Source of the DNA: an uncultured Bacillota bacterium | GTDB lineage: Bacteria; Sysuimicrobiota; Sysuimicrobiia; Sysuimicrobiales; Segetimicrobiaceae | Reading direction: 5' to 3' | Length of the DNA: 64,000 nucleotides | Assembly (NCBI GenBank): GCA_963804645.1 | Contig: CAWDRG010000017.1 | Location: 512,001-576,000 of the forward strand | Shown: positions 10,410 to 19,696 of the stretch, piece by piece | Position numbering within the stretch: the first letter of the stretch is position 1 | How the letters are laid out: the number at the start of each line of letters is the position of its first letter | Made by a program: the position numbers and the translations under genes | The notes under the pieces: generated by a model | Told to the model about the DNA's origin: nothing | The model's database searches: none | What the model saw: only the letters and a program-made list of their open reading frames with translations

Positions 10410-10727
10410 TCAGTGCGGCGTAATCGCGACGACCGGATCTCCGATATTGACGAAATCTCCCACCCCGACCATGACCTGGGACACCTGCCCGCCGACCGGC
10501 GCCACCGCGGCCGGGACCGCGCTGCCGGTGGTCGTCCGCACGAACACGAGCGGATCGCCCTGCTTCACCGTCTGGCCGTTCGTCGCGAGGCGAAGCGGGA
10601 GCACCTGACCGGAGATCGCCGAGCGGACCACCACGGCGGTCTGGGCGCTCCCCGTCAGCGGCAGCGCCGACACGAGCAACACCGCGGCGAGCACGATCGG
10701 GCCCAATGCCTGCCACCGACGCGTCAA
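10410..10727 (-). CDS. Exported biotinyl/lipoyl-fold (barrel-sandwich hybrid) protein
   Basis: Signal peptide followed by VRSAISGQV...GQTVKQGDPLV...APVGGQVSQVMVGVGDFVNIGDPVV. There is no MKM lysine. Confidence 0.7.
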   Translation of the reverse strand: MTRRWQALGPIVLAAVLLVSALPLTGSAQTAVVVRSAISGQVLPLRLATNGQTVKQGDPLVFVRTTTGSAVPAAVAPVGGQVSQVMVGVGDFVNIGDPVVAITPH

Positions 10728-10753
10728 ATCGCACCACCCACCTTATCAAGCAA

Positions 10754-10783
10754 ATTATAGGCACCGCCGCCTCATACTGTCAA
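10754..10783 (-). promoter_or_regulatory. Sigma-70 promoter of the OM-biogenesis operon
   Basis: Minus strand TTGACA-18 bp-TATAAT; both hexamers match the consensus exactly in a roughly 70% GC background. Confidence 0.75.
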
Positions 10784-11943
10784 ACGGCGAACTCCGATGG
10801 AAAGTTCTTGGTAAACCCGAAGTAGCGGCGCAGCGACGCGACGATCCGCTCGGCCGCGCGCCCGTCGCCGTACGGATTCCGCGCCTCGGCCATGCGCCGG
10901 TAGCTGACGTCGTCGGACAGCAGCAGTGAGGCGGCCGCGACGATCGCCGCTCGATCGGTGCCGACGAGTTTGGAGGTGCCGGCGTCCACCCCCTCGGGCC
11001 GCTCGGTCGTCTCGCGCAGCACGAGCACCGGCCGCCCGAGCGACGGCGCCTCCTCCTGGATGCCCCCGGAGTCGGTGAGGATCAGCGCGGCCGCCTTCAT
11101 GCACTGGACGAGCGAGGCGTAGTCCAGCGGCGCGACGAGGTGCGCCCGCGGGTGCCCGCCGAGGATCTCGTGCGCCGGGGCGGTCACCACGGGATTCGGG
11201 TGCACGGGAAAGATGAGCTCGAGGTCGGGCACCCGGTCGAGCAGCTCGCGCACCGCGAGAAAGATGCGGCGCTGAGGCTCGCCCCAGTTCTCACGGCGAT
11301 GCGTCGTCAGCAGAATCCGTCGGCCGGCCCCCGCGAGCAGCGCGGCCACGCGCGGATCCACGAGGCCGGCGTCCCGGCCGGCGATCTCAAGCAGGGCGTC
11401 GATCACCGTGTTGCCCGTCACCACGATGCGGTCGCGCGGCACGCCCTCGCGCTCGAGGTGCGCGCGCGCCGTCGCGGTCGGCGCGAAGTGCAGATCGGCG
11501 AGGACGGTGGTCATCCGCCGGTACATCTCCTCGGGGAACGGCTGATATTTGTCATCCGTCCGCAGCCCGGCTTCGACGTGCGCCACCGGCGTCTTGCGGT
11601 AGAACGCGGCGAGCGCGCCGACGAACGACGGCGCCGCGTCGCCCTGCACCAGGACGATCGCGGGATCGACGCGGGCGAGCGTCTCTTCGAGCCCGCGGAG
11701 GGTGCGGACGGTCACGTCCGCCAGGGTCTGCCGCTCGGTCATGATGTTGAGGTCCCAGTCGGGCTCGATCCCGAACAGCTGCAGCACCTGATCCAGCATC
11801 TCGCGGTGCTGCGCGGTCACGACGACCACGGGGCGGAGTTCCTCGGGATGCGCGCGCAGCGCGCGCACCACCGGCGCCATCTTCACCGCGTCGGGCCGCG
11901 TGCCGAACACCACCATCACGCGGCGCGGCGCGGCGGCGTTCAT
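10780..11943 (-). CDS. wecB: UDP-N-acetylglucosamine 2-epimerase (non-hydrolysing)
   Basis: Motifs VFGTRPDAVKMAP, AHVEAGLRT, PFPEE, TGNTVIDAL, TDSGGIQEEAPS, TERPEG, NPYGDG. Confidence 0.95.
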   Translation of the reverse strand: MNAAAPRRVMVVFGTRPDAVKMAPVVRALRAHPEELRPVVVVTAQHREMLDQVLQLFGIEPDWDLNIMTERQTLADVTVRTLRGLEETLARVDPAIVLVQGDAAPSFVGALAAFYRKTPVAHVEAGLRTDDKYQPFPEEMYRRMTTVLADLHFAPTATARAHLEREGVPRDRIVVTGNTVIDALLEIAGRDAGLVDPRVAALLAGAGRRILLTTHRRENWGEPQRRIFLAVRELLDRVPDLELIFPVHPNPVVTAPAHEILGGHPRAHLVAPLDYASLVQCMKAAALILTDSGGIQEEAPSLGRPVLVLRETTERPEGVDAGTSKLVGTDRAAIVAAASLLLSDDVSYRRMAEARNPYGDGRAAERIVASLRRYFGFTKNFPSEFAV

Positions 11944-13058
11944 CGCGGCACCTCGCCGGCCCCGCCGGACGGCCGCCGGCCAAGCAGCAGCCCCAGCCGG
12001 CGCGCGCCGACCACGAGGAGCGCCAGCAGCACGGCGAGCAGCGCCATCAGATCGAAGCGGTGGATGCCGCTGAGGACGAGCGCCCCCGCGCCGAGGACCG
12101 CCGTCACGAGGTAGAGGACCCCGACCGTCTGCCGCTGGCTCAGCCCGCGGCGCAGCAGCTGGTGGTGGAGGTGGCCGGTGTCGGCCTGAAAGATCGGCTG
12201 TCCGCTCCGCCAGCGCCGCGTGATCGCAAGCGCGGTGTCGGCGACCGGCACGCCGAGCGCCGCGAGCGGGATGAGCAGGGACAGCGCGGTATAGCTCTTG
12301 TACGTCCCGAGGACCGAGAGCCCCCCGAGCAGATAGCCGAGCAGCATCGAGCCCGTGTCCCCGAGAAAGATCCGCGCGGGGTTGAAGTTGTACGGCAGAA
12401 ATCCGAGCGTCGCGCCCACGAGCGCCGCGGTGAGGATCGCGGTGGCGACGTCTCCCCGCAGGAAGGACGCGATCAAGAGCGTGCCGCCCGCGATGGTGGC
12501 GATGCCAGCGGCCAACCCGTCGACGCCGTCGATCAGGTTCATCACGTTGCACAGCGCGACCAGCCAGACCACGGTGACGATCGCGCCGAGCGGGCCCACG
12601 AAGAACATGCCGCCGAGGGGATTGGTGAGCACGTCCATGCCCACCCCGAACGGCAGGAGCACGGCCGCCGCGAGCACCTGCCCCGCCAGCTTCACGAGCG
12701 GCGAGACGCCGTGGGCGTCGTCCACGGCGCCGAGCAGCGTGATCAGCGTGGCGCCGAGCAGCAGACCGAGGATCGGGTGATCAAGCGCCGGTGTGTACGG
12801 AATGGTCACGACCACCTGGTGGGACCGCACGGCGACGTTGATCGGGCGCCCCACCGGCAGGGCCACGACGACCGCCGCGACAAACGCGAGGTACACCGCG
12901 ACGCCGCCGAGCCGCGGCACCGGCCGCGTGTGGATGTGCCGGCCGCCCGGACGCGCCACCACGCCGAACTGGGTCGCGATCCAGGCGACGACCGGGGTGC
13001 ACAGGTACGCGACGAGCAGGCCGATCGCCGCGGCCACGAGGAGTGGCGAGATGGTCAT
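11940..13058 (-). CDS. Undecaprenyl-phosphate GlcNAc-1-phosphate transferase (GT4, WecA/TagO family)
   Basis: Multi-pass membrane protein with PRLGG, GAVDD, NLIDGVDGLAAG, YNFNPARIFLGDTGS, DTGHLHH. Confidence 0.9.
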   Translation of the reverse strand: MTISPLLVAAAIGLLVAYLCTPVVAWIATQFGVVARPGGRHIHTRPVPRLGGVAVYLAFVAAVVVALPVGRPINVAVRSHQVVVTIPYTPALDHPILGLLLGATLITLLGAVDDAHGVSPLVKLAGQVLAAAVLLPFGVGMDVLTNPLGGMFFVGPLGAIVTVVWLVALCNVMNLIDGVDGLAAGIATIAGGTLLIASFLRGDVATAILTAALVGATLGFLPYNFNPARIFLGDTGSMLLGYLLGGLSVLGTYKSYTALSLLIPLAALGVPVADTALAITRRWRSGQPIFQADTGHLHHQLLRRGLSQRQTVGVLYLVTAVLGAGALVLSGIHRFDLMALLAVLLALLVVGARRLGLLLGRRPSGGAGEVPR

Positions 13059-13082
13059 GAGCCGCCCGGCCGCCGGGCCGGC

Positions 13083-14063
13083 CTACTGCCCCTCGTTGAC
13101 CGGCTGCATCACGCGGGGGGCGCTGAACAGCTCGCTCACGGACTGCTCCCCATGGATGCGCTGAATCGCCTCGCCGAGCAGGCTGGCGACCGAGATCACC
13201 GTGAGCTTGGGCGTCCGCTTCTCGGGGGGGACGGGGATGCTGTCCGTCACGACGAGCTGCTCGATCGGCGACCGCAGGACCCGCGCCGTCGCGGGCGGCG
13301 ACAGGATCGCGTGCGTGCAGCAGGCGTAGACGCCGAGCGCCCCCTTCTTCATCAGTGCCTCGGCGGCACTCGTCAGCGTCCCGCCGGTATCGATGATGTC
13401 GTCGACGAGGATCGCGGTCTTCCGGTAGACCTTGCCGATGACGTGGACGATCTCGGCGACCTGATTCGGACGGTCCCGCCGCTTGTCGATAATCGCAAGC
13501 GGCGCGTGGATGTACTCCGCGAATTCGCGCGCCCGCTTGACGCCCCCGATGTCGGGGGACACGACGACGGCGTTCTCCAGCCCGAGCGAGAGGAAGTGGT
13601 CGCCGAGGATCATCCGGCCCGGCAGATGGTCGAGCGGAATGTCGAAGAAACCCCACAGCTGCCCGGTGTGGAGATCGAGCGTGAGGATCCGGTCGGCCCC
13701 GGCGGTCGTCAGCAGATTGGCGACCAGCTTGGCGGTGATCGGCTCCCGCGGCTTGATCTTCCGGTCCTGGCGGGCGTAGCCGAAATACGGAATCACGGCG
13801 GTGACGCGCGCCGCGCTGGCGCGGCGGAGCGCGTCGATGATGATCAGCAACTCCATCAGCGTCTCGTTCGCCGGCGGACACGTGGGCTGCACGGCAAACG
13901 CGTCGAGGCCGCGCACGCTTTCGTCGATCCGCACCCCGATCTCACCGTCGGAGAACCGGAACACGTGCATCGCGCCGAGGGGCAGGTGCAGATACTCGGC
14001 GATGCCCCGCGCGAGGGTGGGGTTGCCGGTCCCGCTGAAGACCCGAACGCCCGCCCCCGCCAT
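13083..14063 (-). CDS. prs: Ribose-phosphate pyrophosphokinase
   Basis: Motifs FSDGE, IPYFGYARQDRK, DLH, VSPDIGGVKRA, VDDIIDTGGT. Confidence 0.97.
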   Translation of the reverse strand: MAGAGVRVFSGTGNPTLARGIAEYLHLPLGAMHVFRFSDGEIGVRIDESVRGLDAFAVQPTCPPANETLMELLIIIDALRRASAARVTAVIPYFGYARQDRKIKPREPITAKLVANLLTTAGADRILTLDLHTGQLWGFFDIPLDHLPGRMILGDHFLSLGLENAVVVSPDIGGVKRAREFAEYIHAPLAIIDKRRDRPNQVAEIVHVIGKVYRKTAILVDDIIDTGGTLTSAAEALMKKGALGVYACCTHAILSPPATARVLRSPIEQLVVTDSIPVPPEKRTPKLTVISVASLLGEAIQRIHGEQSVSELFSAPRVMQPVNEGQ

Positions 14064-14076
14064 CGCTCTCTCCCGC

Positions 14077-15435
14077 CTAGCCTTCGCGGCTCAGCCGCCG
14101 GATCACTCGTGCCGGGACCCCGACCGCGACGCCGCGCGCCGGCACGCTCTTCGTGACCACGGACCCGGCGCCGGTGGCGGCCCCCGGTCCGATCCGGACC
14201 GGGGCGACCAGCATCGTGTCGCTCCCGATGTACGCGCCGCGCCCGATCTCGGTGCGGTGCTTGCGGCGGTCGAGGCCGTAGTTGCACGTGATCGTCCCCG
14301 CCCCGATGTTCACGTCCGACCCGATCACCGCGTCGCCGAGATAACTCTTGTGGTGCACCTTCGTCCGATCGCCGACGCGCACCTGCTTCATCTCCGCATA
14401 GTTTCCGATCTGGACGTCGCGTCCCACGATGGTGCCGGTCCGGAGATGCGCGTAGGGGCCGACGGTCGTCCCCGCGCCGAGGCGGCACTCTTCGAGCGTG
14501 GAGTCGCGCACCCGAACACCGCGGCCCAGCACCGCGCTGTCAATCCTGGCGCCGGGGCCGATCTCACATCCGGCGCCGATCACGGTGCGCCCCGTGAGGA
14601 TCGTCTGGGGATGCAGCACTGTATCGCGGCCGACGCGCACCTCGGCGTCCACGAACGTCGACGCGGGATCGACGACGGTCACGCCGCCCTGCATCAGGCG
14701 CCGGAGGATCCGCCCGCGCAGCGCCGCCTCGGCTTCCGCCAGTTCCTCGCGGGTGTTGATGCCGAGCATCTCCGCCGGGTCGCTCACGGGCACCGTCGTG
14801 ACCTCGCGGCCCGTGACGGCGAGCACGTTCATAGCGTCGGTCAAATAGTACTCACCCTGGCGATTGTTGGGACGAACCCGCGCGAGGGCCCGCCGGATCT
14901 CCGCCACGCGCATGACGTACATGCCGGCGTTGACCTCGCGGATCGCGGCCTCCTCGGGCGTCGCGTCCCGCTCCTCGACGATCCCGACGAAGCGGCCGGC
15001 CGGATCCCGCACGATCCGCCCGAATCGGTGGGTGTCCTCGACCACCCGGGTCGCGAGCGCCGCCCCGCCCGTCCGTCCGAGCGCACGGCGCAGTGCGCGC
15101 AGCGTAGCGGGGGACACAAACGGCATATCGCCGTGGACCACATAGGTCAGCCCGACACGACGGAGGTGGGGCAGTGCCTGCGCGAGCGCGTGGCCGGTCC
15201 CGCGGGCCGGATGCTGCACGACATAGTCGGCGCCGGCGCCGATCGCGTTCCGGATCGCCGCGCGGCCGTCGCGGCCGACGACAATCAGCACGCGGCCGAC
15301 CCCCGCCCGGCGCAGCGCCGCGACGACGTGCGCCAGCATCGGACGGCCGCAGAGGGGATGCAGAACCTTCGGCAGCGCCGAGTTCATCCGGGTGCCGCTG
15401 CCTGCGGCCAGAATCACAGCGGCCGGCTGTTCCAC
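14077..15435 (-). CDS. glmU: Bifunctional GlcNAc-1-P uridyltransferase/acetyltransferase
   Basis: VILAAGSGTRM...PKVLH, GTGHA, EYYLTD, hexapeptide repeats, NIGAGTITCNY. GTG start follows GGAGG. Confidence 0.95.
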   Translation of the reverse strand: MEQPAAVILAAGSGTRMNSALPKVLHPLCGRPMLAHVVAALRRAGVGRVLIVVGRDGRAAIRNAIGAGADYVVQHPARGTGHALAQALPHLRRVGLTYVVHGDMPFVSPATLRALRRALGRTGGAALATRVVEDTHRFGRIVRDPAGRFVGIVEERDATPEEAAIREVNAGMYVMRVAEIRRALARVRPNNRQGEYYLTDAMNVLAVTGREVTTVPVSDPAEMLGINTREELAEAEAALRGRILRRLMQGGVTVVDPASTFVDAEVRVGRDTVLHPQTILTGRTVIGAGCEIGPGARIDSAVLGRGVRVRDSTLEECRLGAGTTVGPYAHLRTGTIVGRDVQIGNYAEMKQVRVGDRTKVHHKSYLGDAVIGSDVNIGAGTITCNYGLDRRKHRTEIGRGAYIGSDTMLVAPVRIGPGAATGAGSVVTKSVPARGVAVGVPARVIRRLSREG

Positions 15436-15535
15436 GGGCTGCCTCCGAAGACATACAGGTGGGATGCCCCAACGGGTTCGCGGCCAGCGGGGGCCGTCCC
15501 TGCGCCGGCGGATCTGCGCCCGGCCGACGTGGCGC

Positions 15536-16195
15536 TCATGCGCCGGCGAGCTCGGCGAACGCCCGCACCGGAAACGACGCGCCGCGCGCGACGCGCGGGG
15601 GCACCGCGTAAAATCGGAACCCGTCGGACGGAAGGGCATGTAGGTTGCACAGATTCTCGACGATCAGCACGCCGGCGGCGAGCAGGCGCGTGTGGGCGGG
15701 GCGGCTCGGATCCCCGACGTCGTCCACGTTCCAGGTGTCGATGCCCACCAGCGCCGGCGCCGCGTGGACGAGCCGCTCCACGGCGCGCTGAGAAAGGTGC
15801 GGGCACGGGCGCCAGTACTCGCCGTGTCCCCAGTGCGCGTCCCACCCGGTGCGGACGAGCACCGCCGCGCCGCGCATGCGCGCATCCGCGTCGACATCCA
15901 GCGCCGGCCCGTCCGCGGCGCTCGGGTCCAGGACCACGCCGCGCACCCCCGCGACCTGCTCGAGCGGGATGTGGCTGAGATCCGCCGCGGTGGGGAACCG
16001 ATGGAACGGGCTGTCCACATACGTGCCGATGTTGCACGGCATCTCGACCATCCCGAGATAGAACTCGGCCCGACCATCGTACTGGACCCGCGACGCGTGA
16101 TGATCCAGCACCGCGCCGATCCTCGGTCGGGGCAGCCCGGGAAACACCTCCATGCCGTCCGCGAGCGCATGGCTGAGGTCTACGAATCGGACCAC
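15536..16195 (-). CDS. Cyclase / kynurenine-formamidase family protein
   Basis: Motifs DLSH, NIGTYVDSPFH, RTGW, VGIDTWNVD, AH-LL-AGVLIVENL, GASFPVRAFA. Confidence 0.85.
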   Translation of the reverse strand: MVRFVDLSHALADGMEVFPGLPRPRIGAVLDHHASRVQYDGRAEFYLGMVEMPCNIGTYVDSPFHRFPTAADLSHIPLEQVAGVRGVVLDPSAADGPALDVDADARMRGAAVLVRTGWDAHWGHGEYWRPCPHLSQRAVERLVHAAPALVGIDTWNVDDVGDPSRPAHTRLLAAGVLIVENLCNLHALPSDGFRFYAVPPRVARGASFPVRAFAELAGA

Positions 16196-16264
16196 GCGAC
16201 TCCCGCCTCGCGCGCGTCGGACACGCACGCGCCCCGGCGCCGCCTACGCAACGCGCCGGGCCGG

Positions 16265-16338
16265 TGGCTGGGGGGCCAGGATTCGAACCTGGACACTCAC
16301 ATCCAAAGTGTGATGGCCTACCGTTAGCCGACCCCCCA
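16265..16338 (-). tRNA. tRNA-Gln(TTG)
   Basis: 74-nt cloverleaf: TGGGGGG acceptor stem, anticodon arm TCACA-CTTTGGA-TGTGA, T-arm CCAGG-TTCGAAT-CCTGG, encoded 3' CCA. Confidence 0.95.
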
Positions 16339-16386
16339 CCGCTCCACCGCGATCGTAGCGCACCCGGCGGAGGGCCGCAAGCGCCC

Positions 16387-16767
16387 TCACGCGAGCGCGA
16401 CCACCTCGATCTCGACCGCGGCCTCCCGCGGCAGCTTCGCGACCTGGACCGTGGAGCGCGCCGGAGGGCTCTCCTGAAAGTACTCGCCGTAGATCTCGTT
16501 CATCGTGCCGAAGTCGTTCAGGTCGCGGAGGAACACGGTGGTCTTCACGACTTTGTCGAACGAGGATCCCGACGCGGCGAGCACCGCCTTGAGATTCTCC
16601 ATGACGCGCTTCGTCTGCGCGCGGATGTCTCCGGACACGATCTGTCCGGTGTTGGGATCCAGCGGCACCTGCCCGGCCGCGAACACAAATCCGTTGGCGA
16701 CCACCGCCTGCGAGTAGGGTCCGATCGCGGCCGGCGCCGCGTCGGTCCGCACGATCCGCTTCTCCAT
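16387..16767 (-). CDS. ridA: RidA/YjgF enamine-imine deaminase
   Basis: Motifs APAAIGPYSQA, GQVPLDP, VVKTTVFL, PPARSTVQVAKLP, VEIE. Confidence 0.95.
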   Translation of the reverse strand: MEKRIVRTDAAPAAIGPYSQAVVANGFVFAAGQVPLDPNTGQIVSGDIRAQTKRVMENLKAVLAASGSSFDKVVKTTVFLRDLNDFGTMNEIYGEYFQESPPARSTVQVAKLPREAAVEIEVVALA

Positions 16768-16879
16768 TCCGCCACCTCCCGATCATCACCGCGACGCGCT
16801 CCGACGGACGTCCCGCTCCGCCTGACGCACTCGGCGCTCTTTGGGTTCGCGCACGACCGCGGCGCCGCCTGCCCTGCCG

Positions 16880-17386
16880 CTATCGGCTCCCGAGCGTCCG
16901 GTAGGCCCGGTGGTAGTACACGAGAGGGCGCCGCTCCGGCACCGCCCACGCGCGCTCGACCGCGCCGACGAAGATCGTGTGATCGCCGCCCGGATGGGAG
17001 GCCGCCACGCGGCACTCCACGTACGCGACGCAGCCGTCGAGGAGCGGCGCGCCCGTCCGTCCGGGCCGGTACGCGATCCCGCGAAACGCATCGGGCCCCT
17101 CGGGCCGCGCCGCGGCCGCAAAGAAGCGCGAGAGCTCCTCCTGCCCGGCCGCGAGCACGTTGACCGCGAACGCGCGGCTGCGGGCGAGGATGGCGTGCGA
17201 CAGATGGCTGCGCTCGATGCACACCAGAATGAGCTGCGGCTCGACGGAGACGGACGCGAACGCGTTGACCGTCACGCCGTGGGGTCCCGCCGGGCCGGCG
17301 GCGGTCACGACCGTGACGCCCGTGACAAAATGCGCGAGCGCCTCGCGAAAGTCCGCGTCGGTCACGCGGCCGTCGGGCCGATCCAC
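16880..17386 (-). CDS. Flavin reductase-like protein
   Basis: Motifs FREALAHFVTGVTVVT, NAFASVSVEP, FAVNVL, GGDHTIFVG, PLVYY. Confidence 0.9.
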   Translation of the reverse strand: MDRPDGRVTDADFREALAHFVTGVTVVTAAGPAGPHGVTVNAFASVSVEPQLILVCIERSHLSHAILARSRAFAVNVLAAGQEELSRFFAAAARPEGPDAFRGIAYRPGRTGAPLLDGCVAYVECRVAASHPGGDHTIFVGAVERAWAVPERRPLVYYHRAYRTLGSR

Positions 17387-17426
17387 GAGCCCCCCAGCCC
17401 ACCCCGCGGGTCGCGCGGATCGCGGG

Positions 17427-18882
17427 CTAGAATCGGACCTGCGTGCCGGTCGCCTGGTCGATCTGGGCCAGCGCCAAGTTGTAGTTGTAGTAGGCCGTGA
17501 TCGTCGAGGTCTCGGCGGTCGCGAGCGTCTGCAGCGCGTTCGTCACGTCCAGCTCGGTCCCGACGCCGGCCTGCAGCCGCACCTGCGCGATCCGTAGCTG
17601 CTCCCGCGCGGACACGAGCCCGAGCTCCGCCGCCCGCAGCTGGTCGGCCGCCTGCTGCAGGTTGAGGTACGACGTGCGCACCTGGCTCTCGACCGCCTGC
17701 TGGGTCTGCTGCAGGCTCACCTGCGCCTGCTCCAGCTGCACGGTGGCCGCCTGCACCTTCGCCGCGGTCACCCCGCCGTCGAACACCGTCAAGGTGAGCG
17801 CGACCATCCCGGACCAGCTCACCGGGTTGTTCGTGAACGGCGAGTTCGTCTGGATCTGCGGACCGCCGGTGACCGTGATGTTCGGGCGCAGACCCGACTT
17901 CGCCAGATCAATCGCCGCCTGGAAGCTTTGGATCGCCGCCTGGCCTTCCTGGATCTCCGCGCGCTCGCTCAGCCCCGTCTGGATCAGCGCGTTCAGGTCC
18001 GGCGGCGGCTGCGGCAGTCCGAACGGCGTCGTCGGTGCCACCACCGTCGACAGCGGGAGGTTCAGCACCGCGTCGAGCGTGTACTCGGCGGAGACGGCCG
18101 CCGCTTTCGACTGCGTCAGTGTCTGCTGCGCCGCCGCGAGCTGGGACTGCGCCTGCAGCAGGTTGAACTGGGGCGCCGTCCCCACGTTGACCTGGGCCTG
18201 CGTCACGCGCACGTTCTCCTGGGACGCGTCCACCACGCCCTGCGAGGACGTGACCTGGGCCTCCAGCGCCTGCACGGCGTAGTACGCCTGCCGGGTCTGC
18301 AGCACGATCGCCGCCGCTTCCGCGGCGAACGCCGCCTGCGCCGAGGCCAAGTTCGCCTCGGCGATCGCGACTTGGTCCTGCAGGGCGTTGCCGCTGTAGA
18401 GCGGATACGTCAGCCCGAGGCTGAAGATCGTGGCGGGCGGGTTCGACGCCGGCAGCGTGATCGGGGTCGGGGTGCCGAGAATCGTCGGCACGATCGTGGT
18501 GGGCGTGCTCGCCGTCGCGGTCGAATAGGAGCCCCTGAACACGATGATCGGAATGAGCTCCGCCTGTGCCTGCGCGACGGAGGCACGATCGAGCGCCACC
18601 GTCAGCGCGGCCTGCTGGATGCTGAAGTTCTTCGTGAGCGCCATCTGGACGGCTTGCGTCAGCGTGAGCCCGACCCCCGGCGCCGACCGACGGCACGGGC
18701 GGCACCGGCGGAATCGCCGGCAGCGGCTGGTTGGTCGGAGGAATATACGGCAGCACCGGCGCGCCGGGGGTCGACGGCTGGGCGGGCATCGCGGGCGGCG
18801 GGGACGTCTGCGGCCACACCGGGCCGACGGCGACCCCGACGCAGAGGAGCGCGATCATACCAAGATGGTACCAGCGGGACAT
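17427..18882 (-). CDS. TolC-family outer membrane efflux protein (apparent frameshift near 18685)
   Basis: Signal peptide and Pro-rich stretch in one frame, then LTLTQAVQMAL and two OEP repeats (YPLYSG...AYY; VFDGG...SYL...GVGTELDV), with C-terminal Phe. Confidence 0.85.
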
Positions 18883-18883
18883 G

Positions 18884-19552
18884 CTACCCCTCCTCAGCCC
18901 TAAGGGCGTCGCGCGGCACTGCGGCCTCGCGGCGCGCCGTGATCCCGTGCAGGATCAGCGAGACCATCATCGTGACACGCTCGGTCTCCGCGTGCCCCGT
19001 TGCCAGCGCATCGACTTCGAGCACGTGCTGCACCATGATGTGGCTCATCAACATGCGAAAACAAATCGCCGCCGTCAGCGCGGTGTCGACGGGACGGAAC
19101 GCGCCCTCAGTGATGCGCCGCTTCAAGTAGTCCTGGAAGCGTGCGACGAACGGCTCGCACAACCTCGGGAATAACTCCTGGCGGAGACTCTCGTGCAGAT
19201 CGGCTTCGTGCACGCTCAGCCGGAGAAACGCAGCGTGGCGCGACAAGCTGGTGATCCGGCTCTCGAGGAGACTCCGCAGGAACGCTTCGTCGTCGTCGGC
19301 CCGAAAGCCCTCCTCCGCGGGAGCCGCCGACGCCTCCTCGGCGATCATGGCGAAGACGCCCCGGAGCACTTCCTGTTTGCTCACAAAATAGAGGTAGATC
19401 GTCCCTTCCGCCAAGCCCGCGGCCGAGGCGATCTCACGAATCGTCGCGCCGTGGAAGCCCTTTTGGCTGAACACGGACAGCGCGGCGCGGAGGATCTGGG
19501 CCCGGCGTTCCTCCACCCGAACGTCCCGTGCCGCTTCGGTGAGTCTAACCAT
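18884..19552 (-). CDS. TetR/AcrR family transcriptional regulator
   Basis: HTH motif RRAQILRAALSVFSQKGFHGATIREIASAAGLAEGTIYLYFVSKQE. Confidence 0.92.
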   Translation of the reverse strand: MVRLTEAARDVRVEERRAQILRAALSVFSQKGFHGATIREIASAAGLAEGTIYLYFVSKQEVLRGVFAMIAEEASAAPAEEGFRADDDEAFLRSLLESRITSLSRHAAFLRLSVHEADLHESLRQELFPRLCEPFVARFQDYLKRRITEGAFRPVDTALTAAICFRMLMSHIMVQHVLEVDALATGHAETERVTMMVSLILHGITARREAAVPRDALRAEEG

Positions 19553-19576
19553 CAATGGGCATCAACCTGCCATCTT

Positions 19577-19625
19577 TGATGAGCGTGCGCTCACCAAGAA
19601 TAGCGCCGCGCCGGTTGGGTGTCAA
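19577..19625 (-). promoter_or_regulatory. Sigma-70 promoter plus palindromic operator of tetR-tolC
   Basis: TTGACA-17 bp-TATTCT is followed immediately by the near-perfect inverted repeat TGGTGAGCGCACGCTCATCA (19577-19596). Confidence 0.7.
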
Positions 19626-19696
19626 CGACAGACTCCGAGGAATGTTGCGACTGTCAGCGAACGGGTGCCGCTCCGCGGCGGCCCACAGAGGCACCG

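Noticed and set aside
16265..16338. tRNA-Gln as an integration site for a mobile element
   Set aside because: No integrase and no duplicated tRNA 3' end were seen; the flanks are ordinary genes.
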